From Actinomycetota bacterium (GTDB lineage: Bacteria > Actinomycetota > AC-67): a DNA stretch of 64,000 bases. Below are positions 55,192-64,000 of this stretch, in pieces; positions within the stretch are counted from its first letter, which is position 1, and each line of letters begins with the position of its first letter. The stretch spans positions 37,792 through 101,791 of the forward strand of contig DASWIP010000080.1 in NCBI GenBank assembly GCA_036397635.1, read 5' to 3'. The translations under genes and the position numbers were made by a program. The notes beneath the pieces are model-generated. The model was not told where the DNA came from and did not search any database. It worked only from the letters and a program-made list of their open reading frames with translations.

Positions 55192-55896
55192 ATGCCCGAG
55201 CGCCAGATCGTTCCCTTCGGAGGCATGCGTCCGACCACCGACGGCAGCACACATCACCTGATCACCTGGCTGCTCGATCTGACGGAGAAGCCGCGCGCCA
55301 AGGTGTGCAATATCGCCACCGCGACCGGTGATGCGACCGAAACGCTAGCGCGCTACTACGAGCGCATCCCCGCGGCACGCGCCGAACGCACCCACCTCGC
55401 CTTGTTCAACCGCACGGTGCGAGACATCACGTCGTTCCTGTGCGAGCAAGACGTCATCTTCGTCGGCGGCGGCAACACCGTCAGCTTGCTCGCGGTGTGG
55501 CGCGCGCACGGCGTGGACACGGCCCTGCGGGCTGCCTGGGAGGCCGGGGTGATCCTGACCGGCGGCAGCGCGGGCTCGCTGTGCTGGTTCGAGTGCGGGA
55601 CCACCGACTCCTACGACCTGTTCAACCTTGAACCCTTGCACGACGGACTCGGGTTCCTGCCGGGCAGCCACTGCCCGCACTACGACGGCGAGGTGCAACG
55701 CCGCCCCTTGTACCACCGGCTGATCGGCGAAGGATTCCCCGCCGGGTATGCGATCGACGACGACGCTGCGATCCGATTCATCGGGAGCGAGGTCGGCGAG
55801 GTCGTGAGCGCGCGCGACGGCGCGACCGCCTACCGGGTCGAGAAGGTCGGTGACCAGGTGATCGAGACCCCGCTGACGGCACGCTCGCTGCGTTAG
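55192..55896 (+). CDS. Peptidase S51-family (dipeptidase E / cyanophycinase-like) protein
   Basis: 'VIFVGGGNT' and 'LTGGSAGS' nucleophile context. Confidence 0.75.
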   Translation: MPERQIVPFGGMRPTTDGSTHHLITWLLDLTEKPRAKVCNIATATGDATETLARYYERIPAARAERTHLALFNRTVRDITSFLCEQDVIFVGGGNTVSLLAVWRAHGVDTALRAAWEAGVILTGGSAGSLCWFECGTTDSYDLFNLEPLHDGLGFLPGSHCPHYDGEVQRRPLYHRLIGEGFPAGYAIDDDAAIRFIGSEVGEVVSARDGATAYRVEKVGDQVIETPLTARSLR

Positions 55897-55934
55897 CCGC
55901 GCGCCCTCAGCCGATCGCCCTCAGCCGCGCGCCC

Positions 55935-57077
55935 TCAGCCGCGCGCGATGATCATGCGCTGGATCTCGCTGGAACCGCCGGCGATGCGCATCACACGCGC
56001 CAGGCGGTAGAGCCGCTCGACGGTGTTGCCACGCATGTAGCCGGCGCCGCCGAAGATCTGCACGCAGCGGTCGACCACGTGGCCGACCATCTCGGTGCAG
56101 AAGAGCTTGGCCATCGAGATCTCGCGGAACACGTCCTCGCCGGCATCGGCACGCTGCGCCGCGTCGTAGCACATGGCGCGTGCGGCGTAGAGCTCGGTGT
56201 CGGAATCCGCAATCATCCACTGGATCGCCTGATTCTCGATGATCGGCTTGCCGAAGGTCTTGCGCTCCTTGGCGTAGGCCTTCGCAAGCCCCAGCGCGAG
56301 GTCGGCCATCCCGATCGACAGCGATGCCATGGTGAGGCGCTCGTTGCCGAGGAACTGCATCGCGTACTGGAACGCCTTGCCCGGCTCGCCGATCAGGTTC
56401 TCGGCCGGCACGAACGAATCGTCGAACCAGACCTCGGCCTGGATGTCGTCGCCGCCCATCGATCGCTGCACCTCGCCGACGCGATACGCGTCTCGATCCA
56501 CGAGCAGCATGCTGTATCCGCCCTCCGGCGTCCGCGCGAGCACCTGCAGGAAGTCCGCGAACGGCGCGTTGGAGATGAAGTGCTTGACCCCCGTGAGGAC
56601 GTAGCCGCCTTCGGCAGCCGACGCCGTCGTTCGGATCGCCGCGAGGTCGCTCCCCGCTTCCGGCTCCGTGAGCGCGATCCCGGTCGTCGCCTCCCCGCGC
56701 ATCAGCGGCATCAGGTACCTGTCGCGCTGGTGCTCGTCGGCCAGGTGATAGAGCATCTTGTTCGGCCCGAAGGGCAGCTCCCCGAGCATGAGCATCCCGA
56801 GATGGGATCCCGCGCGCGCGACCTCCTCGCGCACGAGACACATCGCGTATTCGCCGAGCCCTGCTCCCCCGACCTCCTCGGGCATGAACATCGCGAAGAA
56901 CCCCGCCTTGATACTGCGTTTCATCACGTCGCGGCACAGCTCGAACGTCTCGTCGGTCACCTCACCCGACGCGAGCAGCTCGTGGTTGGCCGCATCCAGC
57001 GGCAGCACCTCCCGCTCGAGGAACGCGCGCACCGACGAAACCAGTTCGCGGATCTCCGGTGCGATGTCGTGATGCAC
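55935..57077 (-). CDS. Acyl-CoA dehydrogenase
   Basis: 'GGSSEIQRMIIAR' C-terminus, ACAD fold. Confidence 0.8.
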   Translation of the reverse strand: MHHDIAPEIRELVSSVRAFLEREVLPLDAANHELLASGEVTDETFELCRDVMKRSIKAGFFAMFMPEEVGGAGLGEYAMCLVREEVARAGSHLGMLMLGELPFGPNKMLYHLADEHQRDRYLMPLMRGEATTGIALTEPEAGSDLAAIRTTASAAEGGYVLTGVKHFISNAPFADFLQVLARTPEGGYSMLLVDRDAYRVGEVQRSMGGDDIQAEVWFDDSFVPAENLIGEPGKAFQYAMQFLGNERLTMASLSIGMADLALGLAKAYAKERKTFGKPIIENQAIQWMIADSDTELYAARAMCYDAAQRADAGEDVFREISMAKLFCTEMVGHVVDRCVQIFGGAGYMRGNTVERLYRLARVMRIAGGSSEIQRMIIARG

Positions 57078-57180
57078 CTGCCCTGCTCCGATCCCTCGCT
57101 CCGGGCTGACGTCGGCGTCAGTTCTGCACCATGCTACGGGCAGGACGCCGGCGCGGCGAGAACGGGGCGATCGCCACGCG

Positions 57181-58323
57181 TCAGAGGTTCTTGGCGATGA
57201 TCAGGCGCTGGATCTGGTTGGTCCCGCCGCCGATCGGGCCGAGCAGCGAGTCGCGCACGAGCCGTTGCATGTCGAACTCGCGCAGGTACCCGTAGCCCCC
57301 CATGACCTGCATCCCGTCGATGCAGACCTTGCGCGCGGTCTCGGTCGTATAGACCTTCGCCTGCGAAGCCGCGACGTTGCAGTCCTGGCCGGTCGCCTTC
57401 AGCCAGGCGGCGTAGTAGGTGATCAGCCGGCAGGTCTCGGCACCGATGGTCATGTCGGCCAGGATCTGCTGGATCATCTGGTATTCGGCGATCGGTTTGC
57501 CGAACTGCACGCGCTGCTTCGCGTAGGCGATCGCATCCTCGGTCGCGCGCCTGGCCATGCCGGTGTACTGCGCGGAGATCATGATCCGCTCCAGGTCGAG
57601 CTGCTTCATCAGTTGCAGCCAGCCCTGATCCGCCATCGAGGGCCCGCCCATGACCATCGATCCATGCACGCGCACGTCCTCGAACCAGACCTCGAATAGT
57701 CCGATCAGCTCGCTGCCGATCTTGCCGAGCCGCCTGAACGTGATGCCGGGCGTGTCCATCGGCACCATGAATATGGTCATCCCCGAGTACTCCGCGCCCG
57801 GAGATGTGTTCGTCGCCAGCATGATGTGGGTAGCCACGTCGACGCCCGAGATCATCGTCTTCTGTCCGTTGATGACCCAGTGGTCGCCGTCCCGGGTCGC
57901 GCGCGTCTCGATGTGCACCGCGTCGCTGCCGGCGTTCGGCTCGGTCAGGCCGAAGCAGCCACGGATCTCGCCGGCGGCGACGCGGGGCAGCCACTCCCGC
58001 TTCTGCTCCTCGGAACCGTTGTACACGATCATCTCGCCGGCGAAGAAGGCCGGCAGGATGAAGATGCTCGCGACGGCGGCGCTGCCGTAGGCGAGCTCCT
58101 CGGCCGCGATCACGAACTCCATGACACCGCCGCCGGTCCCTCCGTACTCCTCCGGGAACGGAAGCCCAAGCAGGCCGGTCGCGGCAACCTTCGGCGTCAG
58201 TTCGATCGGGTACCGCCCTTCATCGTCGAGGCGACGGTCAAGGTCCGGTGGGCACTCGCGCTTGATGAAGTCCCGGATCATCTCGCGGAACGCCTCTTGC
58301 TCCTCGGTGAATCCGAAATCCAT
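57181..58323 (-). CDS. Acyl-CoA dehydrogenase
   Basis: 'GGGTNQIQRLIIAKNL' C-terminus, 'GLTEPNAGSD'. Confidence 0.85.
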   Translation of the reverse strand: MDFGFTEEQEAFREMIRDFIKRECPPDLDRRLDDEGRYPIELTPKVAATGLLGLPFPEEYGGTGGGVMEFVIAAEELAYGSAAVASIFILPAFFAGEMIVYNGSEEQKREWLPRVAAGEIRGCFGLTEPNAGSDAVHIETRATRDGDHWVINGQKTMISGVDVATHIMLATNTSPGAEYSGMTIFMVPMDTPGITFRRLGKIGSELIGLFEVWFEDVRVHGSMVMGGPSMADQGWLQLMKQLDLERIMISAQYTGMARRATEDAIAYAKQRVQFGKPIAEYQMIQQILADMTIGAETCRLITYYAAWLKATGQDCNVAASQAKVYTTETARKVCIDGMQVMGGYGYLREFDMQRLVRDSLLGPIGGGTNQIQRLIIAKNL

Positions 58324-58770
58324 TCAGGCCTCCTCGGCGGGGCGGAACTTCGGCAGCCGCAGCGGCTGGTGGAACGCGTCCTCGAGCTGCTCGTCGAACC
58401 AGACCTTGACCGGCATCCCGATCCGAACGCTTTCGGCCGGGCAGTCGGTCACGTTGCTGGTGATGATCGGCCCCTCGTCGAGCTCGACGTCGGCCACGAC
58501 GTAGGGAACCTCGTCGGCGAACGAGGGATGGAATGCGTGTCGCACGACCGTGAAGCTGAACACAGTGCCGTGCCCCGACGCCGGCTGCCAGGACAGATCC
58601 TGGGACAGACAGCTCGAGCAGCACGGCCCACCCGGCAGCTGCCGGTTGCCGCATGCCCCGCACACCTGGATGCGCAGCTGCTCGACCAGCGTGCCTTCCC
58701 AGAAGCCGCGCGTCTCGTCGATCACCACGGGCGAGGTGCCCATCACCAGCTCGGTCAGCGTGTGGGCCAT
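58324..58770 (-). CDS. DUF35 Zn-ribbon/OB-fold protein
   Basis: 'CGACGNRQLPGGPCCSSC'. Abuts the ACAD start. Confidence 0.75.
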   Translation of the reverse strand: MAHTLTELVMGTSPVVIDETRGFWEGTLVEQLRIQVCGACGNRQLPGGPCCSSCLSQDLSWQPASGHGTVFSFTVVRHAFHPSFADEVPYVVADVELDEGPIITSNVTDCPAESVRIGMPVKVWFDEQLEDAFHQPLRLPKFRPAEEA

Positions 58771-58773
58771 CGG

Positions 58774-59931
58774 TCACCGCACCTCGTTGGTTACGATCAG
58801 CGTGGCGTGCGCGGCCTGGAACCCGCCGTGGCCCGAGACGACGCAGACCTCGGCGGCCGGAACCTGCCGCTCGCCGCACGCACCGCGGATCTGGCGCGCC
58901 GCTTCGGCCAGATGGTTCCAGCCGGTCATGTTCGCTTCCGACAGCATCCCGCCGGAGGTGTTCACGGGCAGCGCGCCTCCGAGCATCAGGTTCCCCTCGA
59001 GCGCGAACGGTCCGGCCTCCCCCTTCTTGCAGAAACCGTAGTCCTCCAACGTGATCAGCACGGTCGAGGTGAAACAGTCGTAGAGCTGCGCCACATCGAC
59101 GTCCTCGGGGCCGATGCCCGCCATGGCGTAGGCGCGCGCCGAGGACCGCGCGCCGGCGAAGTGCGTGTAGTGCGTGGGGTCTCGGAAGCCGTCGAGGTTG
59201 TCGCCGGCGCCCATCCCGGCGATATACGCCGGCGGCTGCCGCAGATCTCGCGCGCGCTCCGCGCTGGTGACGACCAGGGCGACGGCGCCGTCGCTTGCGG
59301 CGATCGTGCAATCGAGCACCCGCAGCGGCTCGGCCACATAGCGCGACGCGAGGTACTCCTCCATCGTCAGGGGATCTCGATAGGTAGCGGCCGGGTTCAG
59401 CGAGGCGTGACGGCGACAGGCGATCGCGACCGAGCCGAACATCTCGGCGGTGACGCTGTACTCGCGCATGTATCGCATCGCGCTGCGCGCCTCCATCACC
59501 GGCCCCCCGGCCATCCCGTAGGCGATCTCGTCGGCCTGACCCCGCCCCATCTGCGCGAGCCCGAACAGCATCGGCATCCCGGTCTTGGCGTTCTCGCCGA
59601 ACACGCACAACGCCACCTCGCACATCCCCGCATGGATCGCCATCGCGGCCTCCTGCACCAGCGAGATCGCCGTCGCGCCGCCGATCGACTTGGTCGACAG
59701 GTAGTTCGTCCGCAGCCCGAGCATGCGCCCGAGCACGTGCCCGTGCAACAGCAATGGCTCGGAGAACTGCGACTCGGTGAACAGCCCGTCGACGTCGTCC
59801 TTGGTCAGTCCCGCGTCCTCCAGCGCGAGACGCGCGGCCTCGGCCTGCAGGCTCCACGCCGAGCGTCCCGGCAGCTTGCCGAACGCAGTGGTGCCGACGC
59901 CGGCGATCGCGGTGTCCCCGGAGATGCTCAT
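58774..59931 (-). CDS. Thiolase-like protein (SCP2 type)
   Basis: 'TAIAGVGTTAFGK', 385 aa condensing-enzyme fold. Confidence 0.8.
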   Translation of the reverse strand: MSISGDTAIAGVGTTAFGKLPGRSAWSLQAEAARLALEDAGLTKDDVDGLFTESQFSEPLLLHGHVLGRMLGLRTNYLSTKSIGGATAISLVQEAAMAIHAGMCEVALCVFGENAKTGMPMLFGLAQMGRGQADEIAYGMAGGPVMEARSAMRYMREYSVTAEMFGSVAIACRRHASLNPAATYRDPLTMEEYLASRYVAEPLRVLDCTIAASDGAVALVVTSAERARDLRQPPAYIAGMGAGDNLDGFRDPTHYTHFAGARSSARAYAMAGIGPEDVDVAQLYDCFTSTVLITLEDYGFCKKGEAGPFALEGNLMLGGALPVNTSGGMLSEANMTGWNHLAEAARQIRGACGERQVPAAEVCVVSGHGGFQAAHATLIVTNEVR

Positions 59932-60025
59932 CCGGCGGGCAGTGTAGCCTCGTGCCTGACTCCCATGTCAGGTCGCGGGACCGTAGACTCGGCCTTCCAG
60001 ACTGCAGCGAAAGGGGCATCCGAGC

Positions 60026-60964
60026 ATGAAGATGCGCAGGCTAGGCGCCGACGGGCCGGAGATCTCGGTCGTCGGATTCGGCGCGTGGGAGATGGGCGGC
60101 AGCCATTGGGGGCCCAACCCCGAGGAGGACGTGCTCGGCGCCGCGATCCACGCCGGGCTTGACGCCGGCATGAACTGGATCGACACGGCGGAGGTGTACG
60201 GCAACGGCGTCTCCGAGGAGGTCATCGGCCGCGTGCTCGGGAGCCGCGACGACGTGCTCGTGTTCACCAAGGTGGCACCGAGCCCCACCGGATCCGGTTT
60301 CACGCCCGAGCAGGTGCGCGCGGCGGCGCAGAAGAGCTTGCGGCGTCTCCAGCGCGAGGTGATCGACGTCTACCAGCTGCACTGGCCCTCCGGCGATGTC
60401 CCCATCGAGGAAACCTGGGGCGCCATGGCCGAGCTCGCCGCTGAGGGCATCGTCCGCTACATCGGCGTCTCGAACTTCGACGTCGAGCTGCTCGAGCGAT
60501 GCTTGGCCGTGCGCCACGTCGATTCGCTGCAGCCGCACTTCAGCATGCTCAAGCGGGACGCGCGCGACGATCTGCTTCCCTTCTGCGATCAGAAAGGTAT
60601 CGGCGTGGTGGCGTACGGTCCGCTCGGGTTCGGCCTGCTGACCGGTGCGATCACCATGGAGACCACGTTCCACGACGAGGACTGGCGCGCCGGCAAGACC
60701 GGCCTCGGCAACTATGAGCGCCTCTTCGCGCCGGAGGCTCGCGCCAAGCACCTCGCCGTGGTGGACTCGTTGCGACCCGTGGCGGACCGGCTCGGAGTCA
60801 GCCTCGCGGAGCTGGCGCTCGCCTGGAACATCCACCAGACCGGCGTCACCGGCGCGATCGCCGGATCGCGCGATCCCGCGCACACGGGCACGAACGCGCG
60901 CGCAGGCCATCTGGTGCTGACCGAGAAGGATCTGGAAGAGATCGAGGGCCTGCTCGCGGGCTGA
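60026..60964 (+). CDS. Aldo/keto reductase
   Basis: 'IDTAEVYGNG', 'IGVSNF'. Confidence 0.85.
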   Translation: MKMRRLGADGPEISVVGFGAWEMGGSHWGPNPEEDVLGAAIHAGLDAGMNWIDTAEVYGNGVSEEVIGRVLGSRDDVLVFTKVAPSPTGSGFTPEQVRAAAQKSLRRLQREVIDVYQLHWPSGDVPIEETWGAMAELAAEGIVRYIGVSNFDVELLERCLAVRHVDSLQPHFSMLKRDARDDLLPFCDQKGIGVVAYGPLGFGLLTGAITMETTFHDEDWRAGKTGLGNYERLFAPEARAKHLAVVDSLRPVADRLGVSLAELALAWNIHQTGVTGAIAGSRDPAHTGTNARAGHLVLTEKDLEEIEGLLAG

Positions 60965-60968
60965 GATC

Positions 60969-61616
60969 ATGAACAAGCGCGAGCTGGTCACTCCCATGGT
61001 CGAGCAGATCGAGGCCGCGATCGACGCCGGCGACCAAGCGGAGGCGAAGAGGCTGCTGGGCCTGATGGTCGGCGACTGGACGAGGAACAAAGACTATTCC
61101 ATCAACTGGATCACGTCGTTGTTGTCGTTCATCGGGCGGCGCATGGGCAACGATGCGGTCGAGGAAGCCCTGCGTGACTTCGGCGAGCGCTACCTGCGTG
61201 CGCGCCGCGGCGGCGGCGCCGAACCGCGAAAGATGGTCGAGTACGTCGCGCGCGCCATGAAGGCCAACGGCGCCTCGGTCGAGCTGGACGAGGACGACCA
61301 GAGATGGGAGCTGCGCTTCCGTTGCGGCAGCGGCGGAACGCTGATCGACGAAGGCGCGTACGCGCCGCCGCGCGACTACCTCGTGTTCACCGCGAAAGGA
61401 CCGCTGACCTACGGGGAGGAGTCGATCCCCGTGTACTGCGCCCACTGCCCGGTCAACAACGAGATCCAGCCCATCGAATGGGACGGGGTTCCGGCCTCGA
61501 TCGTGTACCCGCAGACTGAGCCGGGCGGGATCTGCACCCATCACATCTACAAGGATCCGTCGCTGATCCCGGCGTCGGTGTACGAGCGCATCGGGAAGCG
61601 ACCACCGGAGGCGTGA
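60969..61616 (+). CDS. Hypothetical Cys/His-rich protein
   Basis: 215 aa. 'CGSGG', 'CAHCPVNNE', 'CTHH' suggest a metal site. No family recognised. Confidence 0.45.
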   Translation: MNKRELVTPMVEQIEAAIDAGDQAEAKRLLGLMVGDWTRNKDYSINWITSLLSFIGRRMGNDAVEEALRDFGERYLRARRGGGAEPRKMVEYVARAMKANGASVELDEDDQRWELRFRCGSGGTLIDEGAYAPPRDYLVFTAKGPLTYGEESIPVYCAHCPVNNEIQPIEWDGVPASIVYPQTEPGGICTHHIYKDPSLIPASVYERIGKRPPEA

Positions 61617-61948
61617 TGGAGGCCCACGAGACCACCCACGAGCGTTATGTCGAGCAGATCTCGAAGATCGAACGGCTTGCACCGGAGCGGGAAGCCGAGC
61701 TGCTCGCGCAGACGCGCACGGGAGATCGCGACGCGCTCCGCGAGGTGATCTGGTCGTACCTCCGCCTCACCTACCACCTGGCGCAGGAGCTGAAGCCGGA
61801 GTGGATGGAGCCTCTGCTGGCCGCGCAGGAAGCCAACGCCATCCTGAGCCAGGTGGTGGAGGCGCCCGACATCGACGAGATCGAGCCGGCGCTGGAGGCG
61901 AGGCTGCGGGTGCTGTTCGACCGACTCGAACAGGCCGGCTCAGACTGA
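61613..61948 (+). CDS. Hypothetical protein (weak sigma-70 region-2-like helix)
   Basis: ATGA overlap with the upstream gene. 'EREAELLAQTRTGDRDALREVIWSYLRL'. Confidence 0.4.
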   Translation: MMEAHETTHERYVEQISKIERLAPEREAELLAQTRTGDRDALREVIWSYLRLTYHLAQELKPEWMEPLLAAQEANAILSQVVEAPDIDEIEPALEARLRVLFDRLEQAGSD

Positions 61949-61958
61949 GAGAAACAGT

Positions 61959-61980
61959 GGAGGGCCCCGAAGGGCCCTCC
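61959..61980. terminator. Bidirectional GC hairpin between convergent genes
   Basis: 'ggagggccc cgaa gggccctcc', a perfect 9-bp stem. Confidence 0.45.
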
Positions 61981-61995
61981 AGTCCGTCGTGACGA

Positions 61996-62445
61996 TCAGC
62001 CGCAGTTGTTCGCGGTGTCCATGACAAGTTGATCGGCCGACTTGGGCTGCGCCGGCTGCGCGCCCGTCTGGCTCGGGTTCGTGTCGGCCTTGCTGCCGTT
62101 CGGGCCGCTGTAGAACCTCACCCCGCCGCTGTCGGCTTCGGCACCGATGAACCCGTCGGTGCATTCGCTGCCGGCGTTGTCGGAGTCGCCATCGACGTCG
62201 ACGTACCCGCGCTGTGCATTGGCGTCGCCGCCGATCTCGGCGCTGCCCTTGCCCGGCGCCGGGACCGTGCTGCCGTTGTTGCACACGGCCAGCCAGCCGG
62301 CGCCACCCGCCGGGTCGCCGGAGTTCCGAACGCTCACGCCGGCCGGCGTGCTCGTCCCACCGTTGCAACGGCTCGACGCCGCCTGACCCGCACTGAAGCC
62401 GAACGCGGCCGATACGACGACGGCCGATGCGATAAGGATCCGCAT
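61996..62445 (-). CDS. Secreted Gly/Asp-rich hypothetical protein
   Basis: Signal peptide 'MRILIASAVVVSAAFGFSAGQAA'. Cys pairs. Confidence 0.5.
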   Translation of the reverse strand: MRILIASAVVVSAAFGFSAGQAASSRCNGGTSTPAGVSVRNSGDPAGGAGWLAVCNNGSTVPAPGKGSAEIGGDANAQRGYVDVDGDSDNAGSECTDGFIGAEADSGGVRFYSGPNGSKADTNPSQTGAQPAQPKSADQLVMDTANNCG

Positions 62446-62623
62446 CCTCTTCACCACGCTCCCCCTCCTTGGTATCCCCTCGCGACTCACGGCCGCGGGC
62501 CCCACCGTTGGGGTCGGGTGAAGGTTCGACGAACTAGAACAGGTTTCCTTTCACCGGGATGCAAACTTCCTCGCGCCCGTGGCCGATCGCGGCCGATTCG
62601 TCCGATCGGTCCCGGAAAGTCCC

Positions 62624-63790
62624 TCAGAGCAGCTCGAGGACCGTGGCGTTCGCCTGGCCGCCGCCCTCACACATCGTTTGGAATCCCAAACGGCCGCCGG
62701 TGCGCTCGAGCTCGTGCAAGAGCGTGACCATGATGCGCGCGCCCGAGCAGCCCACCGGGTGGCCGAGGGAGATACCGCTGCCGTTGACGTTGACGCGCTC
62801 GTGATCGATACCGAACTCCTTCTCCCACATCGGCACGATCGATCCCATGGCCTCATTGCACTCCAGCAGGTCGAAGTCCTGGACCCGAAGCCCCGTCCGG
62901 TCGAGCAGCTTGCGGGTCACCGGCACCGGTCCCTGCAGCATCACGATCGGCTCGCAGGCGGCGACGGCGAAATGGGCCAGGCGCGCGCGCGGCGCCAGGC
63001 CGAGCTGCTCGGCCCGTTCGGCGGACGCGATCATGATCGCTGCGGCCCCGTCTGAGATGGGAGAGGAGTTCCCGGCGGTGATGTCGGGCGTGCCTTCCAT
63101 GATCGCCGGCAGGCGCGCGAGCGTCTCCATGTCGGTGCCGGGCCGGATGCACTCGTCGGTGGTCATCTCTTCGATCGTTCCGCCGGGCAGCGTGACCTTG
63201 ATCGGCACGATCTCGCGCTCGAAGCGGCCTTCCTGCGTCGCCTGCCATGCGCGGCGGTGCGATTCGACCGCGAGGGTGTCCATATGCTCGCGGGAGATGT
63301 CCCAGCGGCGCGCGATCTCTTGGGCGGCCTGGAACTGCGTGTAGAGGAACTCCTTGCCACCGACGGCTTCGAACCACGAGTCGCTGAACGCGAACCCGGG
63401 GTTCACCGCGTTGGTGCCGAGCCCCACCATCGACATGACTTCGACCCCGCACGCGATCGCCAGATCGTAGGCACCGGCCATGACGCCCTGCGCGGCGAAG
63501 TGAACGGCTTGTTGGGCCGAACCACATTGGCGATCCACCGTCGTCGCAGGGACGTCCCACGGGAGCCCGGCCGCGATCCACGCGTTGCGGGTGACGTTGA
63601 CGCCTTGCGCGCCGGTCTGCGTGACGCAGCCGCCGATGACGTCGTCGACCGCGAGCGGATCCACGCCGGTCCGCTCGAGCAGCGCGCGGAGCACCGTCCC
63701 CAGCAGATCCGTCGGGTGCGTCTGGGCCAGCTTGCCGTTCTTCTTCCCGATCGGACTCCGAACCGCCCCGACGATCACCGCGTCACGCAT
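62624..63790 (-). CDS. Acetyl-CoA C-acyltransferase (thiolase II)
   Basis: Active-site motifs 'VDRQCGSAQQA', 'NGSGISLGHPVGCSGARI', 'GGGQANA'. Confidence 0.9.
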   Translation of the reverse strand: MRDAVIVGAVRSPIGKKNGKLAQTHPTDLLGTVLRALLERTGVDPLAVDDVIGGCVTQTGAQGVNVTRNAWIAAGLPWDVPATTVDRQCGSAQQAVHFAAQGVMAGAYDLAIACGVEVMSMVGLGTNAVNPGFAFSDSWFEAVGGKEFLYTQFQAAQEIARRWDISREHMDTLAVESHRRAWQATQEGRFEREIVPIKVTLPGGTIEEMTTDECIRPGTDMETLARLPAIMEGTPDITAGNSSPISDGAAAIMIASAERAEQLGLAPRARLAHFAVAACEPIVMLQGPVPVTRKLLDRTGLRVQDFDLLECNEAMGSIVPMWEKEFGIDHERVNVNGSGISLGHPVGCSGARIMVTLLHELERTGGRLGFQTMCEGGGQANATVLELL

Positions 63791-63808
63791 GTCAGCCGCC
63801 TTTCGTCT

Positions 63809-63858
63809 GTTCTGGTACCGGGTGGCACCCATATACGAACGCTATCCGGTACCAGAAC
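63809..63858. promoter_or_regulatory. Perfect 13-bp inverted repeat with 24-nt spacer upstream of the thiolase
   Basis: 'GTTCTGGTACCGG-N24-CCGGTACCAGAAC'. Confidence 0.4.
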
Positions 63859-63883
63859 CGTTCCCTGATCCTTTCCCGCTCGA

Positions 63884-64000
63884 TCACGCGCGCATCTTCT
63901 TACGCAGTGCTTTGGTCGCCGTCGTATCGACCGCGAGCGAGTAGTCATCGACCTCCCCGGTCAGCACCACGCCGTAGTCCCGTTGGGCTGCCTCGCGGCT
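63884..64000 (-). CDS. 3' end of an unidentified CDS (N-terminus outside window)
   Basis: Minus-strand reading '...SREAAQRDYGVVLTGEVDDYSLAVDTTATKALRKKMRA*'. Confidence 0.4.
   Translation of the reverse strand, partial: SREAAQRDYGVVLTGEVDDYSLAVDTTATKALRKKMRA

Noticed and set aside
55895-55945. Three copies of 'cgcgccctcagcc' at the end of the S51 peptidase gene / start of the ACAD
   Set aside because: Short, imperfect and explained by the GC-rich codon repeats 'SRAPSAD'. Not a convincing repeat element.
58238-60019. 593-aa minus-strand ORF
   Set aside because: An alternative frame across the DUF35 and thiolase genes, which have clear motifs in their own frame. Arg/Gly/Asp low complexity.
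1-64000. Search for tRNA, rRNA and CRISPR arrays
   Set aside because: No conserved T-loop (GGTTCGAATCC-like)/acceptor contexts were found. No rRNA-like conserved blocks. No regularly spaced direct repeats with unique spacers. The only tandem arrays are contiguous, with no spacers.

Overview
This 64 kb window is high-GC (about 70%), actinobacterial-type chromosomal DNA (the taxonomic assignment is my inference), gene-dense on both strands, with no rRNA, tRNA or CRISPR arrays found by eye.

It reads as a lipid/aromatic-acid catabolic neighbourhood containing:
- a phenylacetyl-CoA epoxidase set (paaA, then paaBCD) that is split by an oppositely oriented secreted-protein gene;
- a LivFGHM-type ABC uptake operon with an acyl-CoA ligase gene embedded in it;
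- three separate loci pairing SCP2-type thiolase-like genes with DUF35 (Zn-ribbon/OB-fold) genes;
- five acyl-CoA dehydrogenases, two tandem cytochrome P450s, enoyl-CoA hydratases and hotdog-fold thioesterases;
- an NDP-forming acyl-CoA synthetase and a true thiolase.

Also present are housekeeping genes (an Mrp C-terminus; an htrA-tatA-PAP2 operon; pepA), a sugar-acid-like module (FGGY kinase, class II aldolase, 2-hydroxyacid dehydrogenase), an MFS transporter, a Crp/Fnr regulator, and a DegV, hydrolase and PlsC-like gene group.

Accessory-looking items are:
- an orphan Flp-type pilin gene;
- a secreted protein with clearly atypical codon usage (likely horizontally acquired);
- a PQQ beta-propeller and Cys-rich acidic secreted-protein pair next to a Kelch-repeat protein;
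- a DUF559 gene flanked by about 61-bp direct repeats, one of which carries a truncated copy of its own 5' end;
- a minimal nucleotidyltransferase and 63-aa ORF pair translationally coupled to an enoyl-CoA hydratase;
- a 5 x 19-bp tandem repeat in a divergent intergenic region, and a 2 x 52-bp tandem repeat;
- a decayed GNAT pseudogene;
- several GC-rich hairpins at convergent gene ends.

All calls rest on reading the six-frame translations and on motif recognition. No database search was possible.
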